A stretch of 64,000 nt of DNA from Leucoraja erinacea (Eukaryota): NCBI RefSeq assembly GCF_028641065.1, contig NC_073411.1:3410001-3474000 (forward strand). The letters run 5' to 3'. This document shows positions 25,613 to 37,260 of this stretch, piece by piece. Both the position numbers and the translations under genes were made by a program. A model generated the notes under the pieces. It did no database searches, was not told where the DNA came from, and was given only the letters and a program-made list of their open reading frames with translations. Position 1 is the first letter of the stretch; every line of letters begins with the position of its first letter.

Positions 25613-27099
25613 GTAGCAGTTTGGACAAGATGGAGTGTCTGGCCTGCTTGCTGCTGTGTGATCCTAAGTAACGTTAAGCTTGTGCTGCCATGTGGTGTCA
25701 CCACATGAAGTGAATCGCACCACCCAGAGGGCAGATAATGTGCCCCTCTGCATTTTCCATGTTGCTGTTGGGTGGCACATGTGGTGCTGCAGTTAGTCAC
25801 ACTCCCTCACAGCCCCACAACAAGAACGCTTCAATCCTGACCTCCCGTGCTCACAGCATGTTGAGTCTGCATCTTCTCCCCATGACGGCGTGGCTCACCC
25901 CTGGCTGTTCCGATTTCCAACCACATCTCAAAGACTGTTAGTAGGGTAGACACAAAATGCTGCAGTAACTCGCCGAGTGAGGCAGCATCCCTGGAGAACC
26001 CGGGCAGGTGACGTTTCAGGTCACGACCCTGCTTCCATGTTTCTATTGCTAGTAGGTGAATTGGCCACATCAAATTTCTGCTTGTGTAGGTAAAAAGTAA
26101 ACAAATCAAATGAGTGTTGATGAGCTTGGGAGAGATTAATTGCAGGGTTTTAGGGGAATAACTACTAACTCCATCTATCTCCAGTCCTTTCCCATCCCAG
26201 TCATTCTATCTCCCTACTCCCATTGGGCAGAAGCTTGAAAGCGCATACCACACCAGCTTCTTCCCCCTCTGTTATCAGGCTTCTAGATGGTCCATCCATA
26301 AGCTAGGGTACTGTCCGATTCTCCTCTAGCCCATTGCGGACATTGGACTTTGGCTCTGGAGCTGATGCATTATAACGCTGAGAAAGGTAACTTTCCCTGC
26401 ACTCCACCTATTCTTCTTCTTGCGTATGACGTGCACGGCCTAAAGTTGTGGGACAACTTGTTCTATTTGATCTTATTTGATTGTGCACGCCGGGTTGATT
26501 GCATCCGTCGAAACAGGGCGGGCCACGTGAAGGTTGCAATCTCCCACTCCACTCCACCTATTGTACTTGAGTTTGGCTTCATTTGTCTTTATGTGTAGAG
26601 TTATCTGGGCTGACTGGACAGCAAGCACAACAAACCTATTCACTGTACCTCAGTACATGTGACAATAATAAATCTAAACCTATGAGTGGGAACGGGACTG
26701 AGGAGAGTTGGTTTTGGGTGCTGACCTACTGCGTACTAGTACGTGAATTAGTTGAGATTTTTTCATCATTAATTAAACCACAAAATGAGGCAAGTAAAAA
26801 AGGACTTGAGTTCTGTAGTCAGGTAACATGTCAGCACAGTGTTTTAACTCACTTTTTGGGATCTGGACATAGCTGGCGAGACCTATGTTAGTTTCCCAGC
26901 ATCAGTAGCCCTTGATAGTTGTTGGTGAGCAGTTCTGGTAAAGGGGCTTCCTCACTGTTAGTGTAGGGAGTTCCAAGATTTAGCTAAGATTGTGCCTGTA
27001 ATCGCTGGAGTTTAGAAGGATGAGAGGACCTCATTGGAACTTACCAAATGGTGAAAGGCCTGGGTACAGTGGATGTGGGAAGGTTGTTTCCACTAGAGT

Positions 27100-28378
27100 C
27101 ATACAGCGTGGAAACAGGCTCTTCGGCCCAACATGCCCACACCGCCCAACATGTCCAATCTACACTAGTCCCACCTGCCTGTGTTTGTCCCATATCCATC
27201 TAAACCTGTCCTATCCATGTACCTGTCTAAATGTTAAATGTTGCAATAGTACCTGCCTCAACTACCTCCTCCGGCAGCTCGATCTCTACACACACCTTTG
27301 TGTGATAAAGTTACTCCTCAGATTCCTATTAAATCTTTTCACCCTCACCTTAAACCTATGTCCTCTCATCCTCGATTCCTCTACTCTGGGCAAGAGACCC
27401 TGTACATCTACCCGATCTAATTCTCTCATGATTTTGAACATCTCTATAAGATCACCCCTCACCATCCTGCACTCCAAGGAATAGAGTACTAGTCTGCTCA
27501 ACCTCTCCCTATAGATCAGGCCCTCGGGCCCTGGCAACATCCTCGTAGATCTTCTCTGCACCCTGGTCTACCTTCGATTTAATCCAGCATCTGCAGTTCT
27601 TTCCAACACATTTTGTCCGCTCCAGTGCGAAATCTCCTCACGGTATGTCGACTTTGAAGAAGTTCTCTTCCTCTCAACATGAACGGCCTCAACCCGAAAC
27701 ATCACCCATCCCTTCTCTCCAGAGATGCTGCCTGACCCGCTGAGTTATCCAGCATTTAGTGTCTACCTTCTCTGCACCCTTTACACCTTTAACATGGTGC
27801 CCAGAAATGAACACAATACTCTAAATATTTCCTCGCCGATGTCACATACAACTGCAACATGACCTCCCAACTTCTATACTCAATAGGTACACAAAAATGC
27901 TGGAGAAACTCAGCGGGTGCAGCAGCATCTATGGAGCGAAGGAAATAGGCAACGTTTCGGGCCGAAACGTTGCCTATTTCCTTCGCTCCATAGATGCTAC
28001 TGCACCCGCTGAGTTTCTCCAGCATTTTTGTGTACCTTCGATTTTCCAGCATCTGCAGTTCCTTCTTAAACATTCCATACTCAATACTCTGACTGATGAA
28101 GGCCAATATGCCAAAGCCGTTTTTGACCACCTGATGTACCTGTGGTGCCACTTTCAACAAACTATGTACCTGCACTCCGAGATCCCTCTGTTCTACAACG
28201 CTCCCCAGGGACCTACAGTACTATCCACTGTGTAGGTCTGGCCCATGTTAGTGTTCCCAAGATGCAATACCTCACATTCCATCAAGCATTCTTCAACCCA
28301 TCTGCCTAACTGATCAAGATCCTGCTGCAATCTTTGACAACCATCTTCACTATCCACAATACCACCCACTTGCATGTC
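27100..28378 (-). mobile_element. Degenerate CR1-type LINE with two nested Penelope-like pLTR remnants
   Basis: QRRSTRMLPG...VRGDLIEMFKI and YLEYCVHFWAP on the minus strand; hairpin at ~27886-28072; also present in copies B and C. Confidence 0.78.
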
Positions 28379-29624
28379 ACTAGTGGGAGAGTCGAGGACC
28401 AGCGGTCACAGCCTGAGAATAAAAGAATGTACCTTGAGAAAAGAGATGAGGAGACATTTCTTTAGTCAGTGGGTAGTGAATCTGGAATTCATTGCACAGG
28501 AGGCCAATTAATTGGGTATTTTCAAAGCTGAGACGGACAGGTTCTTGATTAATAAGTATGTCAAAAGTTATGGGAAGAAGGCAGGAAAAAGCGATTGAGA
28601 GGGAAGGATAGAACACCCATGATTGAATGTCAGAGTAGACTGGAAGGGCCGAATGGCGTCATACTGCTCCTTTGCCTTACGAACAATGAAGGTACAGCAG
28701 TGTGTGACTGAGTGAGGTTGCTGTGTAACTTGGAGCCAAGAGTGTGGATGGCTTGTGTTAGGTGTTCTCCTCCTTCTTGAGGAGAGTGGTACTGAGATGA
28801 GGTGATGCAGGGTGAGTAACTGCGGTGCATTTGAGTTTAGTTTAGAGTGGTGGCGTGGAAACGGCCTCATCAGCCCACCGAGTCCATGACAACCATCGGT
28901 CCGATCACCAGTTCCCACCAGTTCTAAATGATCCCACTTTCTCATCCATCGCTTTACACTGGGGACCATTTGACATCGGCCAATTAACTAACAAACCCAC
29001 ACATCTTTGGCATATGGTACAAAGCCGGAAATACCCTGCGCAATCACAGATGGAACTTGCAAACTCCATGCAGACAGCACCTGAGGTCTGGATTGAATCT
29101 GTGTCTCTGGCATTGAGGGTGTGCCGCTGTGCGGCATTTTTGTGACGGTGCGCTGTGGGGGGTGGGGGGGAATGTTTGGGATGGTGAATGGGTCCCTTTG
29201 TCCTAGAATATTCACGAGCTTCTTGTATATCATCGGAGCTGCACTCATCTTGGCAAGTGGAGTGTGTGCATCACATTACAATCTTGCAGACGGTGGAAAG
29301 GCTTTGGCATTCCAGGAGGTGACATCACATTTTAAGAGTAAACTTTTTTAAAGGTGAAGTCAGTTCATAAGAAATAGGAGCAGAATTAGGCCATTCGGCC
29401 CATTGAGTCTGCTCTGTCATTTGATCATGTCTGATCTATTTTACCCTCTCAACCCCATTCTCCTGCCATTCTCTCCCCATAAACTTTGATGCCCTTAAAC
29501 AAAAACTTATTCATCTCTGCTTTAAACATACCCAATGGCTTGGCCTCCACAACCGTCTGTGGCAATGAATTCCACAGATTTGCCGCCCTCCGGCTAAAGA
29601 AATTCCTCCTCTTCTTCATTCTAA

Positions 29625-29850
29625 AGGGCCTGTCCCACTTGGCGATTTTTTTCGGCGACTGCCGGCATCATTGCCTGACGTATCAGGTCACTGAAAATTA
29701 CGCGGTGTGATGTGGCGTGATGATGTATGGCGTGCGTTGTTTTTTCAAGTGTCGCAACATTTTTTTTGTCGCCACTCAATTTTGAAATGTTCAAAATCTT
29801 TTGGCGACATTTAAATGCCGTTGGCAGAATCGCAAAGTGGGACAGGCCCT
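29625..29850. mobile_element. PIF/Harbinger MITE with TAA target-site duplication
   Basis: TAA|AGGGCCTGTCCCACTT...AAGTGGGACAGGCCCT|TAA, interrupting a CR1 fragment. Confidence 0.85.
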
Positions 29851-30045
29851 TAAAGCTACGTCCTTTATTTTGAGGCTATGCTCTCTGATCCTAGACTCTC
29901 TCACTACTGGAAACATCCTCTCCACATCCACTCTATATAGAACTTTCATTTTTTTTTGCTATTTTTCTGACTTTTGTAAATAATGCTAATTGTTTAAACA
30001 GAATTTATCTTCCATATTTCAGAATACATTTCTTCTTTATTTCAG

Positions 30046-30132
30046 AATATATATTTGCCAGCTACCACAGAAGAAGAAATCTTTGCACATTTTGGATTGG
30101 AGTACATTCCACCACAGGAGAGGAATGCTTGA
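30046..30132 (+). CDS. POLM: DNA polymerase mu, terminal exon 11, copy A
   Basis: tttcag| NIYLPATTEEEIFAHFGLEYIPPQERNA* ; the classic PolX C-terminus EEEIF..GL.YI.P.ERNA. Confidence 0.93.
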   Translation, partial: NIYLPATTEEEIFAHFGLEYIPPQERNA

Positions 30133-30651
30133 TCAGCTGAGTTCACACTGTAGAAACACGCAGAGCACCTGAATGAAAGGCCTTGGACAAAGATATTTAT
30201 TGCACTGTTATCATCACTTTAAACTGGGTAAAAGCTGGACATTCACCCATCTCTGTCTGAATGTGTGTCAGTTGTTGAATGGGATCCCCCTCACTATCAA
30301 ATCTCTGGAGTCGACTCCAACTCAAAGAACACACAATCCAAGTTTGCATTGAGAAAGAATTCCAGATGCTGGATAAAATCGAAGGTAGGCACAAAATGCT
30401 GGGGTAGCTCAGCGGGTGAGGCAGACCCGAAACATCACCCATTCCTTCTCTCCATAGATGCTGCCTCACCCGCTGAGTTACCCCAGCATTTTGTGTCTAC
30501 CTTTGCATTGTGAGATTAATGCACTGACAGAGCTACTGTTAATTTGTGATCATGTCCTCCTCTCCCACACATAAAATATCCCAGGGTGCCATGGTAAGGA
30601 AAAATCTTCCTAAGATAGTGGCCTTGTAAACTTTTCTAACATAAAGGGGAA

Positions 30652-30667
30652 AATAAAATAAAATAAA
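30652..30667 (+). promoter_or_regulatory. Candidate polyadenylation signals (overlapping AATAAA) for POLM copy A
   Basis: aataaaataaaataaa about 520 nt after the stop codon; an AATAAA is also present at the same place in copies B and C. Confidence 0.45.
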
Positions 30668-32339
30668 AAAATCTACTCATTTATCTCAATTGATTTTGTG
30701 ATACTTTACATGCTGCATTTCCCACATTGCAATAGACAATAGGTGCAGGAGTAGGCCATTCGGCCCTTCGAGCCAGCATCGCCATTCAATGTGATCATGG
30801 TTTATCATCCCCAAACAGTACCCCGTTCCTGCCTTCTCCCCAGCTTGACCACACTTCAGTGGTCCTTAATTTACTCCAAAGTGGTTGGGGATATCGAGAT
30901 TATGAAAGGAGATGAGTCATGGCCGTGAAACTAGTAGTTGACAGAAATCACCACTCATAGACTGGAGAGAAATCATCCTTGATCACAATCTGCAATAGTT
31001 TTGGTTTAAGAAAGAACTGCAGATGCTGCTTTTAATCGAAGGTAGACACTAAATGGGTGACGTTTCGGGTCAAGAGGTCTGAAGAAGGGTCTCGACCCGA
31101 AATGTCACCCATTCCTTCTCTCCAGAGATGCTGCCTGTCCCACTGAGTTACTCCAGCATTTTGTGTCTACCTATAGTTTTGGTGTAGTTTAGTTTATTTT
31201 AGAGATACAGCATGGAAACAGGCCCTTCGGCCCACTGGGTTTGCACCGACCAGCGATCCCTGCACATTAACACTGTCCTATACACACGAGGGACAAATTT
31301 ACATTCATACCAAGCCAATTAACCTACAAACCTGTACGTTTTTGGAGTGTGGGAAGAAACCGAATATCTTGGAGAAAGCCCACGCAGGTCACGGGGAGAA
31401 CGTACAAACTCCATACAGACAGCAACCGTAGTCAGGATCGAACACGGGTCCCCGGCGCTGTGAGGCAGCAACTCTACCTCTGCGGCACCGTGTTGCCCAA
31501 AAAGGTTTTCCTTTAAAACCATCCAGATAGTTTGAAATATTTAGTTGGCTGTTCAGAGAGCTCATTAAATGTTTAGTTAGTGGTTTTAATATGATTAAGT
31601 GGAACCTGTCTGAAGAAGGGTCTTGACCCGAAACGTCACCCATTCCTTCTCTTCAGAGATGCTGCCTGTCCCGCTGAGTTACTCCAACATTTTGTGTCTA
31701 CCTTCGATTTAAACCAGCATCTGCAGTTCTTTCCGACATATTAAGTAGAATCATGGCTCTTTGTGGGGGTGGGAGATTGCAACCTTCACGTGGTCCGCCC
31801 TGTTTCGACGAATACAATCAACCCGGTGTGCACAATCAAATAAGATCAAATAGAACAAGTTGTCCTACAACTTTAGGCTGTGCACGCTGTACGCAAGAAG
31901 AAGAAGATGTCTCTTTGTGGTGATACAAAACTGCAGATGCTGGAATCTGGAGTAAAAAACAAACTGCTGAACATGTGTGGAGCAAAAGGACGGTGGATAC
32001 TTTGCCTCCATAGATGCTGCTTGACCTGCTCAGTTCCTCAGATAGACACAAAATGCTGGAGAAACTCATGGGCAGTGGAGCAACAGTAGAGTCCGGAGAC
32101 CCAGGTTCGATCCCGACTAGGGGTGCTGTCTGTATGGAGTTTGTACGTTCTCCCCGTGACCTGCGTGGGTTTTCTCCGAGATCTTCATTTTCCTCCCACA
32201 CTGCAAGACGTGCAGGCTTGGTATAGGTGTAAATTGTCCCTCGTGTGTGTAGAATTGTGTTAATGTGCGGGGATCGCTGGTCAGTGCGGACTCGGTGGAA
32301 TGGAGGGCTTGTTTCCGCGCTGTATCAGTAAACTAAAGT

Positions 32340-32705
32340 AAACTCAGTGGGACAGACGGCATCGCTGGACAGAAGGAATACGTGACGTTTCGGGTCGAGA
32401 CCCTTCTTCAGACTGAGAGTCAGGGGAGAGGGAAACAAGTTATAGACGGTGATATAGAACAAATGAATGTAAAATATGCAAACGAGTTACGATGATCAAG
32501 AAAACAGGCCATAGTTGTGTGGGTCGGTGAAAATGAGTTGCAGACAATGAAACTCGCCAGGACGACAGTGAAACTAGTACACTGACGAGGGTGGGGGAGG
32601 GATGGGGAACGAGGGGATTTAAGGGTTACTTGAAGTTAGAGAAATCGATATTCATACCGCTGGGTTGTAAGCAGGCCACGTGAAACATGAGGTGCCATTC
32701 CTCCT
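32340..32705 (-). mobile_element. Penelope-like element 3' end (GIY-YIG C-terminus, 3' UTR, hammerhead core)
   Basis: The copy-B equivalent reads AAKLEERHLMFHVACLQPSGMNIDFSNFK*; hammerhead core on the minus strand at 32384-32411. Confidence 0.75.
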
Positions 32706-33354
32706 CTTGACAATTGTTTTGTGAACGAAATTGCAGTGCCGTTGTTGGCCACTCGAGGGCAGCTGTTGGCCATGAGCAGAGAGGACAATAGGATCACACT
32801 GCACAATCTCAACACGATATGTTGGAGGGGAAAACATAGAAAACAGGTCCAGGAGTAGGCCATTCAGCCCTTCTATCCAGCACCGCCATTCAATCTAAAA
32901 TCAGTACCCCATTCCTGCTTTCTCCCCATATCCCTTGATTCCGTTAGTCCTGAGAGCTAAATAAAGTGAGAGATGAGCAGAAGGAGAAGGCCACAGACGG
33001 CCAAGTCATTGGGTATTTTTCATGTTCACAATGTGTAGGAGCTGAATTAGGCCATTCGGCCCATCAAGTCTACTCTGCCATTTAATCATGGTCGATCTAC
33101 ATTTCCCTCTCAGCCCCATTCTCCAGCTTTCTCCCCATAGAGTGGAGATTGACAAGATTCATGATTAGTAAGGATGTCAAACATTACAGGGAGACGGCAG
33201 GAGAATGGGGTTCAGAGGGAAAGATAGATCAGTCATGCTTGAAATGGTGGAGTAAACTCAATGGACCGAATTCTGCTCTTATGACATGAGGAGGGGAAAG
33301 GAACAGATTAATCGGGGTTGTGGGGAAAAATGTGTGTGGGCTGGGGGCGGAGAA

Positions 33355-33858
33355 TAGGGTTGCCAACTGTCCCGTATTAGCCGGGACATCCCGTATATTG
33401 GGCTAAATTGGTTTGTCCCATATGGGACTGCCCTTGTACCATATTTGACAGCTACTACTCAGGTCGAGGGGACTGTCGGGCGGAGCGCCACGTCTGACCC
33501 TGCCTCACCTGTCCCGACGTAGTGCAGCCCATGGAGTGCAGCAGCAGCACCTCGCCTGTGGCCCCGTCGGTGGGCAGCCCGGTCCGACCTTCAGACCTTC
33601 GCTTACCGCCGACACCACCACCCCTCCTTCTCATGGCTGATCATTGGTTCATGAGTTGGATGGGGCGCCGGACTTTGCGCTCGACGTCACACGGCCCGGG
33701 CCAAAATGCTTCAGCTGGCCCCGCCGGCTGGTCTTTGTGTGCAGTCCAGCACCCGACCCAACTCATCATTCACCCAGCCACGGCCGAGTCGGTCAACGAA
33801 TTGTCCCTTATTTTAACATTTTGTCCCTTATTTGGGACTGAGAAGGTTGGCAACCCTA
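33355..33858. mobile_element. hAT-like non-autonomous transposon with TIR TAGGGTTGCCAAC
   Basis: tagggttgccaac...gttggcaacccta; 8-bp flanks gcggagaa/atggagaa; copies at ~45201-45717 and ~60760-61263. Confidence 0.8.
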
Positions 33859-33888
33859 ATGGAGAATGATTAGTAGGCGGGGAGGGAG

Positions 33889-34034
33889 TGGTTCACTTGA
33901 AATTGGAGAAATCAATGTTCATACCGTTTGGTTGTTAGCTATTCAAGCGGAATATGAGATGCTGTTTCGCCAGTTTGCATATGGCTTCAGTCTCACAATG
34001 GAGGAAGCTGGGACAGAAACATCAGGAGTGGGAA
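33889..34034 (-). mobile_element. Penelope-like GIY-YIG C-terminal fragment cut by the duplication breakpoint
   Basis: Minus strand reads LHCETEAICKLAKQHLIFRLNS*QPNGMNIDFSNFK*; extends further (HFNSPSHS) in copies B and C. Confidence 0.7.
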
Positions 34035-35227
34035 TATATACATACAATATACATTTGGAGAAGGTATATGGATGGGAAAAGTTTAGAGGGATATGGGCAG
34101 GTGGGACTACGGTAGATGGGGCATCCTGGTCAACATGGACAAGTTGGGCCGAAGGGCCTATTTCTGTGCAGTGTGACTATGACTTTAACATAACTGATTG
34201 ATGTTAGGATGGCTTCAAAAGCCATGCTTTTGTTGTTTCCCACAAACTTTATTCCTAATTTCTGTCCTCACCTCCCTGCCCCCTTTCTTGAGCTGAATTA
34301 GTGTAGGTGAAACCTAGTTTAATCATAACCTTCACTCCAAACACCATCTTTCTATTTCTCAATACTTATACTCACCTCCATAACATTACTGACTGCCATA
34401 TCTATTCCTGCGCAGCAACGTATCTTATCTGTGCTCTTGTTATCTTTATGGACCTGTCCCACTTACGCGACCTTTTCGGTGACTACCGGCACCTGTCATA
34501 GGACGTTGCAGGTCGCCGAGAATTTTCAACATGGAAAGACGCTACGACTATTTGGGCGACTGAGGAGACGACTCACGACTACTGGCGACATGTCGCGGGG
34601 TGAAGCCTGTATGGTTGTGAGTAGTCGCCCAAAGAGTCGTAACCTGTTCTGGTCGCCGCTGGATTTTCAACATGTTGAAAATTTCTGGCAACCTGTAACG
34701 ACCTATGACGGGGTGCCGGCAGTCGCCAAAAAAATCGCGTAAGTGGGACTTGAAAATAAGTCTTGATAATTTTCACTTACCTGTCCAGTCTTAACATCCT
34801 AATCAAGCTCCAAACTGTTTAAAACATGGCGGTCAAAATTACAACCTTGCTGAGCATCACTGGTGACCTGCACCTTCCTCTGATCTCTCAAAGCATTTAA
34901 GAGTAAAACTCGCATCACCTCAGCAACTTTCTGCAACTATGTCCCCCCTGATTCTGCACTCAATTTGTGCCTCACTTTTAGTAACGGTGTCAAACCCTGA
35001 AAAACCTCTTGATTTTAATGTTTTGTGTATGCTTTTCCCCCCCAACTATCTTCATGTTAAGATTTGTTGAAGAAGATTTGAATGAATGGGTTGCAAAGCA
35101 AAGTTAATAATGAAAGTCTTGTAGAATTATTAACGCAGCTTAAGAAGTATTGTTGCTGAATCTCGTTCACCCAAACAGCCAGATTCTTAATGAAAGTTAT
35201 CAACAAGTCAGATATTTCTCATGGTGA

Positions 35228-35641
<414 letters not shown>

Positions 35642-36078
35642 TAAACATTTTTTTCAGAGTACGTAAACCAAATTCTTCATTTCTGAAATAGATTGATCAG
35701 AGGGTCAGGTGGCACCTCTGGAGAACATGGAGAGGATGTTTCCGTTCGGGGACCAACCTTCTGAAATGAAGATAGACACAAAATGCTGGAGTAACTCAGT
35801 GGGACAGGCAGCATCTCTGGAGAGAAGGAATGGGTGACATTTCGGGTCGAGACCCTTCTTCAGAGGTCTTGACCTGAAACGTCACCCATTCCTTCTCCAT
35901 AGATGCTGCCTGTCCCGCTGAGTTACTCCAGCATTTTGTGTCTGTCTTTGATGTAAACCAGTTCTTTCCTGCACATCCTTCTGAAATGAGTTGCTTGATA
36001 TGAGCTGGAATGTCGGGAAACTCCAGACTGGATCAGCACTCCTCATACATGCCAGCAGGCACCCAGGAGATACCATTT

Positions 36079-36625
36079 AACCATATAACCATATAACAAT
36101 TACAGCACGGAAACAGGCCATCTCGGCCCTACAAGTCCGTGCCGAACAAATTTTTTTTTTCCCCTTAGTCCCACCTGCCTGCACTCATACCATAACCCTC
36201 CATTCCCTTCTCATCCATATGCCTATCCAATTTATTTTTAAATGATACCAATGAACCTGCCTCCACCACTTCCACTGGAAGCTCATTCCACACCGCCACC
36301 ACTCTCTGCGTAAAGAAGTTCCCCCTCATATTACCCCTAAACTTCTGTCCCTTAATTCTGAAGCCATGTCCTCTTGTTTGAATCTTCCCTATTCTCAAAG
36401 GGAAAAGCTTGTCCACATCAACTCTGTCTATCCCTCTCATCATTTTAGAGACCTCTATCAGGTCCCCCCTTAACCTTCTGCGCTCCAGAGAATAAAGACC
36501 TAACTTATTCAACCTATCTCTGTAACTTAGTTGTTGAAACCCAGGCAACATTCTAGTAAATCTCCTCTGTACTCTCTCTATTTTGTTGACATCCTTCCTA
36601 TAATTGGGCGATTGTGATGTTTGAA
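36079..36625 (-). mobile_element. Young CR1 3' insertion present in copies B and C (51647-52193) but absent from copy A
   Basis: Copy A has the empty site gataccatttgaatg at ~24672; ORF2 C-terminus is open. Confidence 0.9.
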
Positions 36626-37176
36626 ATTTGAATGTAATTGCACATCTCTTCTAAAAGGGCTTCTGTTTTTAGCTGAAGATTAACTATTTTATTAAAGCTA
36701 GGGCACTACATGAGCAGGGGTTGATGGATGGCTGGCAACTGGGGACCCTGTAGCCTGCAGATGCTGGAAACCTGAGCAATAAACAAAGTGCTGGAGGAAC
36801 TCGGTGGGTCAGGCAGCACCCATGGAGGGAGTGGACAGACCACATTTTGGTTTCTCGACACAGAAGACATTTCCCAACCCAAAACGCAATCTGTCCAAGA
36901 CTATTAAATGTGTAGGAAGGAACTGCAGACACTGGTTTACACTGAAGATAAACACAGAATGCTGGAGTAACTCAGAGGGGACAGGCAGCAGAGAAGGAAT
37001 GGGTGATGTTTCGGGTCAAACCCCTTCTTTAGACTACTAAATGGTTGGAATAAAAAGAGAACAAAGTTTAGATTCTGGAAATGTAGTGAAACAGGTGCAG
37101 AGATTTATTCAACTTGTTAGGGAATAACTCCGCTTTGAATGTAATTTAAAATGACTTGTTTCCTGCTGTCTTGCAG

Positions 37177-37260
37177 CTCTTCGAACGAGACCTGCGCAGA
37201 TATGCCAAGCACGTAAAGAACATGAGTCTCAGCAGCCATTCTTTGTTTGACAATGAGCAG
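37177..37260 (+). CDS. POLM: Duplicated POLM exon 10, copy B (intact)
   Basis: Same peptide and splice sites as copy A. Confidence 0.7.

Noticed and set aside
25081-25800. 239-aa minus-strand ORF with SQ/TVS repeats
   Set aside because: Open only because of the minisatellite; antisense to POLM exon 10; shorter or broken in the other copies.
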